In this document: one piece after another, positions 13,108-25,184 of the stretch
Numbering within the stretch: position 1 is the first letter of the stretch
Layout of the letters: every line of letters starts with the position of its first letter
Source: Blastocystis sp. Blastoise
Taxonomy: Eukaryota; Protista; Bigyra: Opalinata
Reading direction: 5' to 3'
Length of the DNA stretch: 64,000 nucleotides
Assembly (NCBI GenBank): GCA_039096225.1
Contig: JBBPEB010000011.1
Location: 124,001 to 188,000 of the forward strand
Translations under genes and position numbers: made by a program
Notes under the pieces: generated by a model
Database searches by the model: none
The model's input: only the letters and a program-made list of their open reading frames with translations
What the model was told of the DNA's origin: nothing

Positions 13108-16100
13108 TTAAGAAGAGTTTGAAGGTATTTGAGCCATAAAGAGTGTTCTATACATATCATTATTCTCTAATAAAGCAGCATGAGTGCCACTAGCAAGTAT
13201 TTCTCCTTTATTCATGAGATATATAGTATTACATACAGTTAACATATTCATATTATTCGACATAAATAATACAGTACAAGCATGATTCTGTTTCCATTCA
13301 AGAAATGAAGATAAAAACCGTTTTTGAGTAGGATTATCAAACATTGTGAATGGATCATCAAATATCATAAATGAGGGTCTTCGAATAAGTGCACGTGCAA
13401 AACATATCTTCTGCTTGTCTGCCATCGAAAGTTGATCTTGAATTTCTCGAATAGGGGTGTTTAATCTATAGATATTAATATTCATAATCATTAATGTATA
13501 TAAAGTAATATAGTATTATGGTATAGAAGAAAATTAAAAGGAAAAAAGAAAAGAAAATAAGTAAAATTTTAAAAAATTTAAAGGAAACATAAAAAATATA
13601 TATATAATAAAATAAAAATTAAAAAAAAAAATAAAATAAAATAAAAATTTAAAAATAAAATAAAATAAAAATAGAAATACTTTTGAGGGAGTTTCATAAT
13701 ACTATCGAAACAGGATGCCATCAGTAATACTTCAATAATATCAGCTTCTGTCGGATATCCTTTTCCATTCATTCCCATGATTATATTGTCCCTGACTGTC
13801 CCTTCAAATAATACAGGAGTTCTCCAAAATACACTGATATTATTACGAATCAGTTTCTCAGACCATTTACGTATGTCTTTATCATCTATGTTTATTATAC
13901 CCACTATAGAAGAAGATAGAATATATAATATAGGTAATAGTTTTAATAAATATAACTATATATATAATAATAAATATAACTATATATAATAATAAATATA
14001 ACTACATATATAATAATAAATATAACTATATATATAATAATAAATATAACTATATATATAATAATAAATATAACTATATATAATAATAAATATAACTATA
14101 TATAATAATAATAAATATAACTACATATATAATAATAAATATAACTATATACTTGAAATATAGAATCGTTCTAAGACACTTACAATACAATCACGGCCAC
14201 AATCTGGATCTCCAACAAAAGCTACCATATCTCCCGCGGGAATAGAGAAGGAAATATGGCGTAAGACATTCACGGGATTATCTTCAGGATATCGTAAAGT
14301 GACGTTGTTAAACTCAATAGCTCCCTTAATATCTTGAAATTGATTGGATGAGATTGATTTGTGATCTTTATTTGGATATTTAAGAAGATTTGAAAGATAC
14401 TGTGACGCATCTTGTGTAGGTATATCCTTAAAAACAGTATTCAATAGTGTTCTGACATAAAAACCACTATATAATAATAATAATAATAAATATATATATA
14501 CCCAAATTGAATACAGACCATACAATAGAAGAGAGATTCATAAGTAATATACCCATGATTCACAAAAACACTACCAATATACAGATACACGGGGAAAATA
14601 AGATATATAATAAACTATAGAGAAGATATGTATTGTTATCGATAATAATAATATTAATATTAATATATATACATAATCAATAGTAATAATGAATATAAAT
14701 AGAATAAATATGATATAATAATAAACATATGAATGAATATAAATATAATAAATATGAATATAATAAATATATACCTGTTCTAATGTATAATATAAGGAAT
14801 GAATATTGATTCCTGATTTATTATAAATATCCACGGTTTTATGGAGGTCTTTAACTAATGACGACGTAAATGCATTCCCAAGATTATAATTATATATAGA
14901 TGGATAATTACTTAGGAAACTTGTAAATATTTGAGTATACTAGAAATAAGAATAATAGCGACAATATTCATAATATATATTAATAAATATATACATATAA
15001 ATATATATATTAATATATATATATATATAATATATATATTAATATATATATATATATAAATCATAATATAAAATGAAATAAAACACTAAATTTTATAAAT
15101 AAAAAAACTAGAATAAAATAGATATAAATAACTACATACAGCAAAAAGATATCGATTGATTCTTCTTGTATTTTTATATTTATTATGTCTTATCGCATAA
15201 TCTGTATAGATAAGAAGAATTGTTGATACAACGAAAGTTAAACCAAAGTATATATTTGTAAAACAAATTAATATATAAATAGTAATAGCAACTAAGATAA
15301 CATGAGTATAAGTAGGAACATTCCAAATCATATAATATCGAATAGGAGTGAAAATATTAACCATTAAACATGCTACTGCATCTATATAAGATATAGAAAT
15401 ATACTTATAATAATGACAATAAATACTATTATTAATAATATTATATACATATATAATGATAAAATAAAAGAAATATCAAATAATTATTATATATCACATA
15501 ACAATAAATAATATTATAGATGATTATATATATATAAATCCAATGATAAATAAATACAAGGTGTATCATTAAGAGAATCAAAATAACTTTGATCTCTATG
15601 GAGTATCTGATTGACAGCTTTGATTTTAAGTGACGCCATGATACTATCGGCGAATAAAGAGGTACCTAAATTACAACCACAAAAAACAAGAAAGAAGACA
15701 AAACATGATAAAAGAGTATATAAGAATGATTTAAGAACAGCATAATCATTCGTAAATATCTCTATAGAACATATAGAATAGTATGAAATAAATATAAAAA
15801 TAATCATCATTAGTATGAATATCTCAAACAAACAAAAAAATTATAAATAGAAAAAAATTTATAAATAGAAAAAAATTAAAAAATAAACATAATATATATA
15901 TATACCATCATTATAGCATACATCAAATATATTTTTAACATAATTGATTAAGAATGGATAGAGTGTACATTTAATTATACTAAAAATAACAATAAGAATA
16001 TAATAAATATGATGATTTTCTGCATTATGTATAATTTCAAGAAGAGGTATGGTAGGATCTCTTCTATTTTGTTCTATATCATTATCTACGGTCTTTTTAT

Positions 16101-18870
16101 GACCTAATATACATATAGTATTACTATGTCGACTTGGCTTATGATTTGTGATCATACTATCTTTTCTTCCTTTATATTTAACAGATCCTGTTATTTGAGA
16201 TGAAGAAGAAGATATAGCAGTAGGAGAAGGAAGATTGGTATCATAATAAATAGAATAGATAGAATCGATCTTCTGTAAAGATTCATAAGTTCCTTTCGCT
16301 ATAAATTGATTGGATTCCATTATATAGATACGATCTGATAATGTACAATTATGAATCATCTGACCTGTAGTTAATAAACACATATTATTACGATTCATAT
16401 ATTTATATATATTAGTCAATAATTGACTTTCTAATTGAGGATCAAAAGAACTTAAAACATCATCTAAAATCAACATCTTTGGGTGTGTCATCAATGCACG
16501 TGCAATACAGACTAAGCATGCAATATCTGTAGGTATTTTTATAGAAGAATCACCTACCATAGTATTAAACCCATTAGGTAACTTTTGTATAAGTGTATGT
16601 AAGCCACATAATTCAATAATTTCTTGGAATTCATTTTGATTTATTTCTTCTTTATTAAAACATAATACTATATTCTCTTTAATTGTTCCCATAAATAATT
16701 GAGGTTGATGAGAAACATATGCAATCATTTGACTGTATAGAGTAGAGTTAATATCCTTTATATTAATATTATTAAGAGTAATAGTTCCTTCATAACCAGA
16801 ACGGAAACGAAGAAGAAGAGATAAAAATGTTGTTTTTCCTGAACCACTTGGACCTACTATACAGATATGTTCCCCTTGGGAAATAGAGAAGGAAATATCA
16901 TTGATAGAAGGTTTCTCTGCTGATTTAAAGAGGTATATAAGATGTTCACAAGCAAGAGAAAAGGTATTGAAATCTGAAATTGAATATTTATTATTATTAT
17001 TCACAAGTTGTTTATTCGGTTGATGATGACAAACAGAATAGAAGTTTGATGAGTATTGAAATATAGTTCTTATCGTTGTATAGTTAGTATGTACAGAATA
17101 GAGAAGAGATAAAGATAATAATGCTAGAATAAGTCCTACTAATTTACGACTTGTTAATGTAAAGGAAGTTTGTATAAATGAAAAACTGGATATTTCATTA
17201 CACTATATATATAATGAATTATAGAAGAATCATTAAAAGGTGATTTATAATTGAGATTATAAAAATATAGAAATATAAAGAAGAATATATAAATATAAAG
17301 AATAAGAATAGAAAAATATAAAGAAAAAATAATAATATAAATATATAAAGAATAAATAATAATTTATATACATAAGATTGACATGTTTCTGATAAACTAT
17401 GATAATATTGACCACATAAATTATAGAGATGAATAGTATTTCCAGAGGTACAATTGTGTTCAATAAATAATGTATAATAATAATTACGATCATAATTTTG
17501 AGAATAAGAAGTAGCAAAGAAGAGTCCAGAAATACAGAATATAAGAGAGAATACAGATAAACCCAAGAAGAAACTTATTGTATATTGTCTCTTAGCAGTA
17601 ACATGTTTTGTATCCATGATCTAGAGATATCATATATATATATATAAGATTATTATCTAATGAATATATAATGAATATATATATAATAGATAGAATAATA
17701 AAACTACTACTAGAATAAAAAATAATAATAAATATTAATATATATACTGAAGATTGGAATCGATTAATAAATTCTTGTTCACTAGTAAATGATTTAATAA
17801 TATGAATATTCCCAATAAAACTGGTCATTAAGGCGATACTAGCTGTTTTTACATCACCAAAGTATTTTTGTAACTGGTTGAACTTATTAGAATACATTTT
17901 AAAAGTACAGAAATAAAAGGTATATAATAATATCATAACTACAAACGTCTTCCAGTCCTATATATAATAAATAAATAAATATAATAAATAAATATAATAA
18001 ATAAATATAATAATAATAAATAAATAAATATAATAAATAAATATAATAATAATAAATAAATATAATAAATATAATAATAATAAATAAATAAATATAATAA
18101 ATAAATATAATAATAATAAATAAATAAATATAATAATAAACAAATGAATATGATAAATATAATAAATAAGCATAATAATAATAAAAAATAAGCAAATAAA
18201 TACATAATAAAGTCCAAAGATAAGAATGCCAATATAATTTGAATTGGATAATATATAATCATATAAAGCATCCGCCATCTTGGAGAAATAGTCTTTTGCT
18301 TCTCTAGATAGTATTTGAGCCATTTTCTGAGGCTTCGAATACTCAATAAATTCAAAATCTTGAGATAATAGTGATCCTATCATGTTGTCACGAGCACGAA
18401 TATAAATATGATCTATAATAGTGAAATAAGTAAATCAATATATATATATATATAGTATTCATTTTTAAGATTATATACTAACAAAAATAGACGTAAAGTA
18501 ATTTGCTAGTGAGCTTGTAATTGTTAAAATGAGAATTATAGCTATCCAGAATAGAAATAAATGTAAGACAGTCGTGTCATTCTTATCTTGAGAAAAACTG
18601 TAATCAAAAAAATAACCACATAAAATATAAGGAAGAGGATATAGCAAACCATGAATTAAGCATACTATATATAAAAAGAAATTAATATATCTAACATATG
18701 TTTATAAATAGCAAACACTTACAGATCATTCCGAAATAGACATATATATTATCTGACGGTACAGAAAAGTATCTCATGAAACTACATAGATTAGTCACCT
18801 TAGGCATATTATCCTCCATTATATCACAAGAATCATTTGTGGATTCTGGATTACTTTGGTCGTTATTCAT
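13108..18870 (-). CDS. Full-length ABCB/MDR-like transporter (TMD-NBD-TMD-NBD) with degenerate ATPase motifs
   Basis: NBD1 has GPSGSGKTT, QPQLFMGTIKENI and IARAL. NBD2 has IKGAIEFNNVTLRYP, PVLFEGTVRDNI and FARAL. Hydrophobic exons precede each NBD; introns are GT-AG. Confidence 0.88.
13945..14148. repeat. Intronic minisatellite (about 22-25 bp unit, about 8-9 copies)
   Basis: Unit AATAATAAATATAACTA(T/C)ATATAT inside an ABCB intron. Confidence 0.9.
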
Positions 18871-20038
18871 AATATGCTTCTAGTTATTGTGTTTAAAATA
18901 ATAAATAGACAAAAATTTTGAAATTTCATTTGTTGTTTTCTTTTAGTAATTCGATATTTTTATATTTATACTACAAAAATATGAGATTCTCACGATTATA
19001 TTATTTTGAATTATTCTTTTTTTATTGGATAAAAATTTCAAAAAGATCATTCACCAATAACGGATTCACCCCTTTGTTTTTATTCTTTCGTTTTCATCAT
19101 CTTTAATCATTATTTCTTTCTAAATCGTAATCATTCTGATGCAGTACTAATTTAAAGTGTAGAATGTTTTTTCTCTTATTGCAGTTATAATATATATATA
19201 TATATTTGATGTTGATATGATTATTGAATCATTATTTTTACATATATTGTTAGCTACTAATAAGTCTGAATGATCCCTGAATGGTTCGAGACGGCATTGA
19301 AAAAAAAGTTTATCATAAAAAAATATTTTTTGCATTAGAAATAGGAAACAGACGTTTTTATTCCTTTTTTCATTATCACTATAAAACAGATGTTTTGAAA
19401 ACAAAGTCTAGGAAAACAATATTCTCGTTTTAAATACATATAGATGAACTTGTCTTTTGAAATGGACTAAGTCTATACTTGTTTTATAAACTAGATAGTA
19501 ATGTGAATCTCTAGAAAGAATAAGAAATGTTAAAAAAACAAAAATGTCTTTATAACATGAAATTTCTCTTTTATAATATGCTTATTTGAATATCAGGATG
19601 AAAGCTATGTATTTCCGTTAGTAAGGATATAAATATTTATATGATTTAAAAAAAAAATAAAGCGAGATTATTTTAATTAGTCACAAAAAAATTGTTTTAG
19701 AATATAGAAGCGAGTATATCTTGCTAGGAAGCATTTCTATGAACAAGACAAAATACTTTAAAACTTCATAATGAATCATAAATGTATGTCTAAGAGTAAA
19801 ACAAGGAAAGTTCTTCATAAACAGTTTTTTGTTCTACAAATTTCAAAAATAGGAGCATTTTTCAATCAACCAATTTCTTCTATTCATTATACATAAATAG
19901 ATTTCCCATGAATATATTTATTTTTGCTAAGAGTTTTCAAAAATAATTGCGAGGAAAACAAATGATCACTATTTATCGTTTTTTTTTAATTAAAATTGTT
20001 TTATTTATTGTGATATTATTGTATTAATTTGAAATAAA

Positions 20039-20408
20039 ATGTCTGAACAAGGTGAATTGATATGATAGCATAGACTATAACTAATCTATAGGTGAACAAG
20101 CTACTCCTATAAAAGATGAACAAGTTGTTCCTGTATTTTGTTATTCTTTCTATTTGTAGTTTATGTTTATGATGATCTAGGAAGCTGCTGATAATGAAGA
20201 ATTTGCTTCTAAGGATATGTCTGCTGAAGAACTCAAGAGTCTTCCCATCAGAGCTTATCTCGATAAGACAGTTGTCCCTATTTTATTATTAGGTTTAAGT
20301 GAATTAACCAAAGAAAGACCTGCTGATCCAATCAAGTTTTTAGCTGAATACTTATTACACAATAATCCTCAGAGTCCTCCTACTAATCCTGATGATAAGA
20401 AACGATAA
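20039..20408 (+). CDS. DPY30: DPY-30 homolog (COMPASS subunit), 3 exons
   Basis: [40 protein letters not shown] is the Dpy-30 motif. Short GT-AG introns at 20052-20091 and 20133-20180. Confidence 0.92.
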
Positions 20409-20587
20409 ATCATTCACTTGTTTATGTTTTTATAGTCTCTGTTTATTTTTCTTTTTGTTTGTTACGTTTCAGTTATTTATATAATTTATTCACAATAACA
20501 AAAAGAAAGAATTATTATTAATGAAGAACAAAAGTCAAATCCTTATTTTTTAAATGAAAAAATTATTCTTTTAGACATATATTACTA

Positions 20588-21196
20588 TTATTCAGTATAT
20601 TTTGATAGAGATTCCTATAGATATTTAAAAGATTTAAATAGATAAAGAGAAATATGAATACTTTCATATAAGCGAAGAATGAATTATTGATTTGAACCTC
20701 AGAATTCATTTCATTTATTGAATTAAATAGTAATAACATTAAAGAATTCTATTCATATGTATATATATATTGATGTAATAGGAAAAGAGGAAATGAAAAG
20801 GATATAAGGAACAGTTAATTGACCAACAGTTATATGATATTTATCGACAAATGCTACGAAATCTGATATTTGATTGGTTAATAGTATATCGTCAAATGTA
20901 TAGAAGTGTATCTATAGGAAGTAGTATAGTATTCAATATATATATATATATAAATATACATAATTTTTTATCTAAATTTACATAATAATATATATACATC
21001 TTTATTTAATAATGAACAAGCGATCCATTGTAATAAAAACTTTATTGGAGCGTAACCGCGAAATGCCTATATAGTATAGTAATAATAATAATTATTATTA
21101 TTATATCTAATAATAATATATATATATATGCTCCACATCCCCATTTGCCTGTAGCAATAGCATCCTTTGTTTCTGGAGATGAAAACCCTATATATG

Positions 21197-21277
<81 letters not shown>

Positions 21278-21378
21278 TTTATTAAATTCTCTTAGTAATG
21301 TATTTTGAAGTAGTTGTTCTTGAGGATAAGAACGGAAATGAAGTGCATCAATTGCAATAATAGTATCAGATGTATTAC

Positions 21379-21425
<47 letters not shown>

Positions 21426-22893
21426 AAGAATGTAGTACAGTAAGAATAATAATAAATTATATATATATAATTATATTATGATTAAAAAGAATTGAATAAA
21501 CATAAATTTTTAATAAAAACAATAAAGATTAATTCTATATATATATATATATACGTAGAATTAAGAAGAGGTCCATCAAATTTGAATGTCCAAGCATATC
21601 CTGTATATTTCGAATAAGGTCTAGTCCCTTCAATACATATAGATTCTACATCTTTCATAACATCACAGAATAACATACTAACTATCAATTCAGGAGCTAT
21701 AGTAAACATAATCTCTTCCTGAACACAACCAGTACCTAACACTCCTCCTCCTATATACCTATATACTATTACATAGAGTATATATAATATATAGTATAGT
21801 ATATAGTATATATATAGAATAGTATATATAGTATAGTATATATATTTCATAAACAAATAATAAAAAAACAAGGTTTCTATATAATAATATTATATATACT
21901 TATTTGCAAAATCGACTTTAATATCTTTGGGAATATCTCCAATTAATCCTTGCTGAAAGAGTCTGACTGGTTTGAGAGGAGTACAATCACTAGTCAACAT
22001 CTCTTTGGTATATATATGTGATAATACATGACGGGAGATCTTTATAGTACCTTCAGGCTTTGTTAATATAAATTGACGAAAATACTCAAATAAACATAAT
22101 AATTTCTCACAATAAATAGATTCATAACCACAAAGCCATTGAAATAAATCCACATGAATATTCTTTCCAGGCATATCATAAATACCTATAAAAGAGTAAT
22201 AAATATATATTTATATATTTATAGAAATATAAATATTAATAAAACAATTATATATATAGAAATAAAATAGAAATAAATACCTATAAAAAAGTAATAAAAA
22301 AATTATATATATCGAAATAAAAATACTAATAAAACAATTATATATATAGAAATAAAATAGAAATAAATACCTATAAAAGAGTAATAAATATATATTTATA
22401 TATTTATAAAAATATAAATATTAATAAAACAATTATATATATAGAAATAAAATAGAAATAAATACCTATAAAAAGCAATAAAAAAAAATATATATATATA
22501 GAAATATAAATATTAATAAACATCAATCAAAATAAATTAAAAAAAAAAATCTATAAACTTACCAAAAAACATAGCTATCAATAAATCACATGTTTCTGAT
22601 TTCGTTAATGATATAGATTTTTGTATATTACATTTCAGACGATCTAAAACGGACATGGATCTACTCTTTAAAAAGGCTTTCACACGGTTAATCATCCATG
22701 GTAATATTGTTGAAAAAAATAAATTATAATATTCATTATATTGAGGATGATTTTTCATCTTCAAAAAGGGTTCCATCTTTACTATAGTATCTAGATCATA
22801 TACATTTTTGATAAGTTTTGCAAAAGACTCTAGATTTTTAGGAGATTCTTCTACCATGAGTAAAGTTATTTTAGCCTGCTTATTGATTTGCAT
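20588..22893 (-). CDS. PARG: Poly(ADP-ribose) glycohydrolase
   Basis: [32 protein letters not shown] (catalytic GGG-x6-QEE), YSKYTGYA, IAIDA, REFNKAYIGF, ATGKWGCGAFRG, LLQWIA. C-terminus extended to 20588 via an AT-AC intron and a GT-AG intron. Confidence 0.92.
20730..20805 (-). other. U12-type AT-AC intron (76 nt) in PARG
   Basis: 5' end ATATCCTTTT, branch-like TTCTTTAAT (20746-20738), ends TTAC. Splicing opens a 68-nt exon flanked by a canonical in-phase GT-AG intron. Confidence 0.8.
21198..21277 (-). other. GC-AG intron consisting solely of GC(AT)38AG
   Basis: 80 nt; removal restores REFNK|AYIGF. Confidence 0.85.
22186..22562 (-). repeat. PARG intron 1 built of four 90-97 nt GT...AG tandem units
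   Basis: TATAG|GTATTT junctions near 22465, 22370, 22280 and 22185; units share sequence. Confidence 0.85.
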
Positions 22894-23345
22894 CTTGTTT
22901 AAATTAATGTTAAGAAATAAAAAAATATGTTTTTTGAAAGATTTAAAAAAATTCTCTAATACACAAACAAAAAAAAAACTGAATTTATTTCATAATTGTG
23001 TTGAATAAGAAAAGGACATTAATGTTGTGATTTAAAGTAAGATCCGTTGGAATCGAATATAGTCTTAATATAGATTAAAACTTAACAACAATATATCATT
23101 AATATAAAATAGTATAGACCATAAAAGAGAAAGTGTACTCCTAGATAATAAGAGTACAGATACTATTCATGTATCGTTATAGAATAATAAAAAAAGAATT
23201 ATAATTGTAAGAATTGTAAATATTAAAAAATAAAATGAAGATTAAAAGCCAAAACAAGAAATGACAAATAATTCAAGAAAAAAAAAGACAAAGAAATGTT
23301 AAAAAAAAGTGCAAAAAACATCAATTAAAAAAAAACTAGAAACAA

Positions 23346-24292
23346 TTAAAAGAAATCTTCTTCTAAATCTTCTTCTTGCATACTTAATAAATCAAGTTTC
23401 CAACGTAATATACCACCAATACCACCAAATCCCTTACAGAATTGAGCACCTTCTTGAGATTTATTAGTAATAAACTCAAGAGTACAACCGAATTTCTTGT
23501 AGTTATCTGCAAGCCATTCAAGGAAGAGTTCCTTTTCAACGACATCAAGATCATTTCCATCCTTATCCTTAAAGTTATTACCATCACGAGATTCCTCTTC
23601 AGTTAAGAATAAAACATTAGTTTCTCCAGTTTGATTATTCTTAACAGTAATACGTTGAGTACCAAGACTCTCCCATACTAATAAAGTTTCTATAGCACCC
23701 ATTTCTAAACACTTAAGAGTATCAGAAATACCATAACAGAATTTACCAGTATCTTTAGCTAATTCATCAAAATAAGCACCAATAAGTTTCTTTTCTTATA
23801 ATAATAATAATAAACATAATAATAAACATAATAATAATAATAATAAACATAATAATAATAATAATAATAATAAACATAATAATAATAATAAACATAATAA
23901 TAAACATAAACATAAACATAACAATATTCTTGAATGAATTTGACGTCAGCAAGAGTATCAGCAGCTAATTCAATGGCTTGATTGAATCCATTATCACCAC
24001 CGTAGGACACATCCACTACTTTTACAACCATCTCTTTTAATCTAGCATCAAATAAATCAGAGATTAATAATTGATCTTTGAATTCAGCAGCACCAGCTAA
24101 GACAAGACCAGCAACATTAGGACGATCGTTAGTAATAAAGAATTGAACAGCACATTCACAACACTTTCTCATATAATTATGTCTCTTTTCTAAACGAATA
24201 CGAGCGAAACGAAGAGCAGATTGACCACCACGACCATGCTTCTTAGGAAGATCAACCTATAGAGAATAATAATAAATATAAATAGAATAATA

Positions 24293-24373
<81 letters not shown>

Positions 24374-25184
24374 TATACAGTAAAACGATGAAGTACAGTT
24401 CTGGTATTACCACAAAGAGTACCATATAAACAACCACCACCATCCATAACGATGAAACCAAATACAGCATCATCCTGGAGTAATTCTTGAAGAGCCTATA
24501 TAGGAATATATATAATATATAGAATAATAATAATAAATATAATAATAATAATAAACATAATAATAATAATAAATAAATACTTCAGTATGGAATTTATTAT
24601 CACATAAATAAAGAGAAGTATTAATAGGTTTAAAAGGTTCAAAATCAATATTAACTTTCTTTTCTTTACCATCATCAGTTAAACAAGTACCACAATAAAT
24701 AACTAAACCATTATCAGGAACTTTATTATATAACTTCAGACGTTGTTGGGTAGAAGTAATAGCACCTAAGACAGAAAGACGATTGACACGAGACTTAATG
24801 TTAGATGCAGTACCATATTCACCAACTAACATAGTAGCCGTATTGGAAATCTATAAGAAATAATATAAATGTCATAATAATTATTGCTTAAAATATATAT
24901 AAACATCTACATTCATATATAGATATCATATAAACATAGAAAAACATACAGGTTCCTTAGGACGAATAATAAGAGAAATCATACTAGTACCATTACTATA
25001 TAAAAACAAAGTAAAAAATAGCCAAGTACTCTAGAAACAACGTATATATAATATTCATACCCTCTAGCAGCTTCTAAATTTTTAATAAGTTTCTTGATCT
25101 TCCACATTTCAACGTGGGCTTCTTCAGATGTAAGTTCCTTGCTCTAGAATCATTACACATATTTGAAATATGATATTATACCAT
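23346..25184 (-). CDS. ETF1: Eukaryotic peptide chain release factor 1 (7 exons)
   Basis: [38 protein letters not shown] and [10 protein letters not shown] all present. Last intron is non-canonical. Confidence 0.97.

Noticed and set aside
17899-18355. Long Tyr/Ile/Leu-rich ORFs here and at 23767, 24252, 27579, 31328, 37319, 60518 and elsewhere
   Set aside because: They are translations of (TAT)n/(TATT)n intron microsatellites or the antisense of low-complexity exons.
23346-25184. Possible stop-codon reassignment (13/13 stops are TAA; eRF1 is present)
   Set aside because: eRF1 GTS, NIKS and YxCxxxF motifs are standard, no in-frame TAG or TGA was needed in any model, and AT bias explains TAA use.
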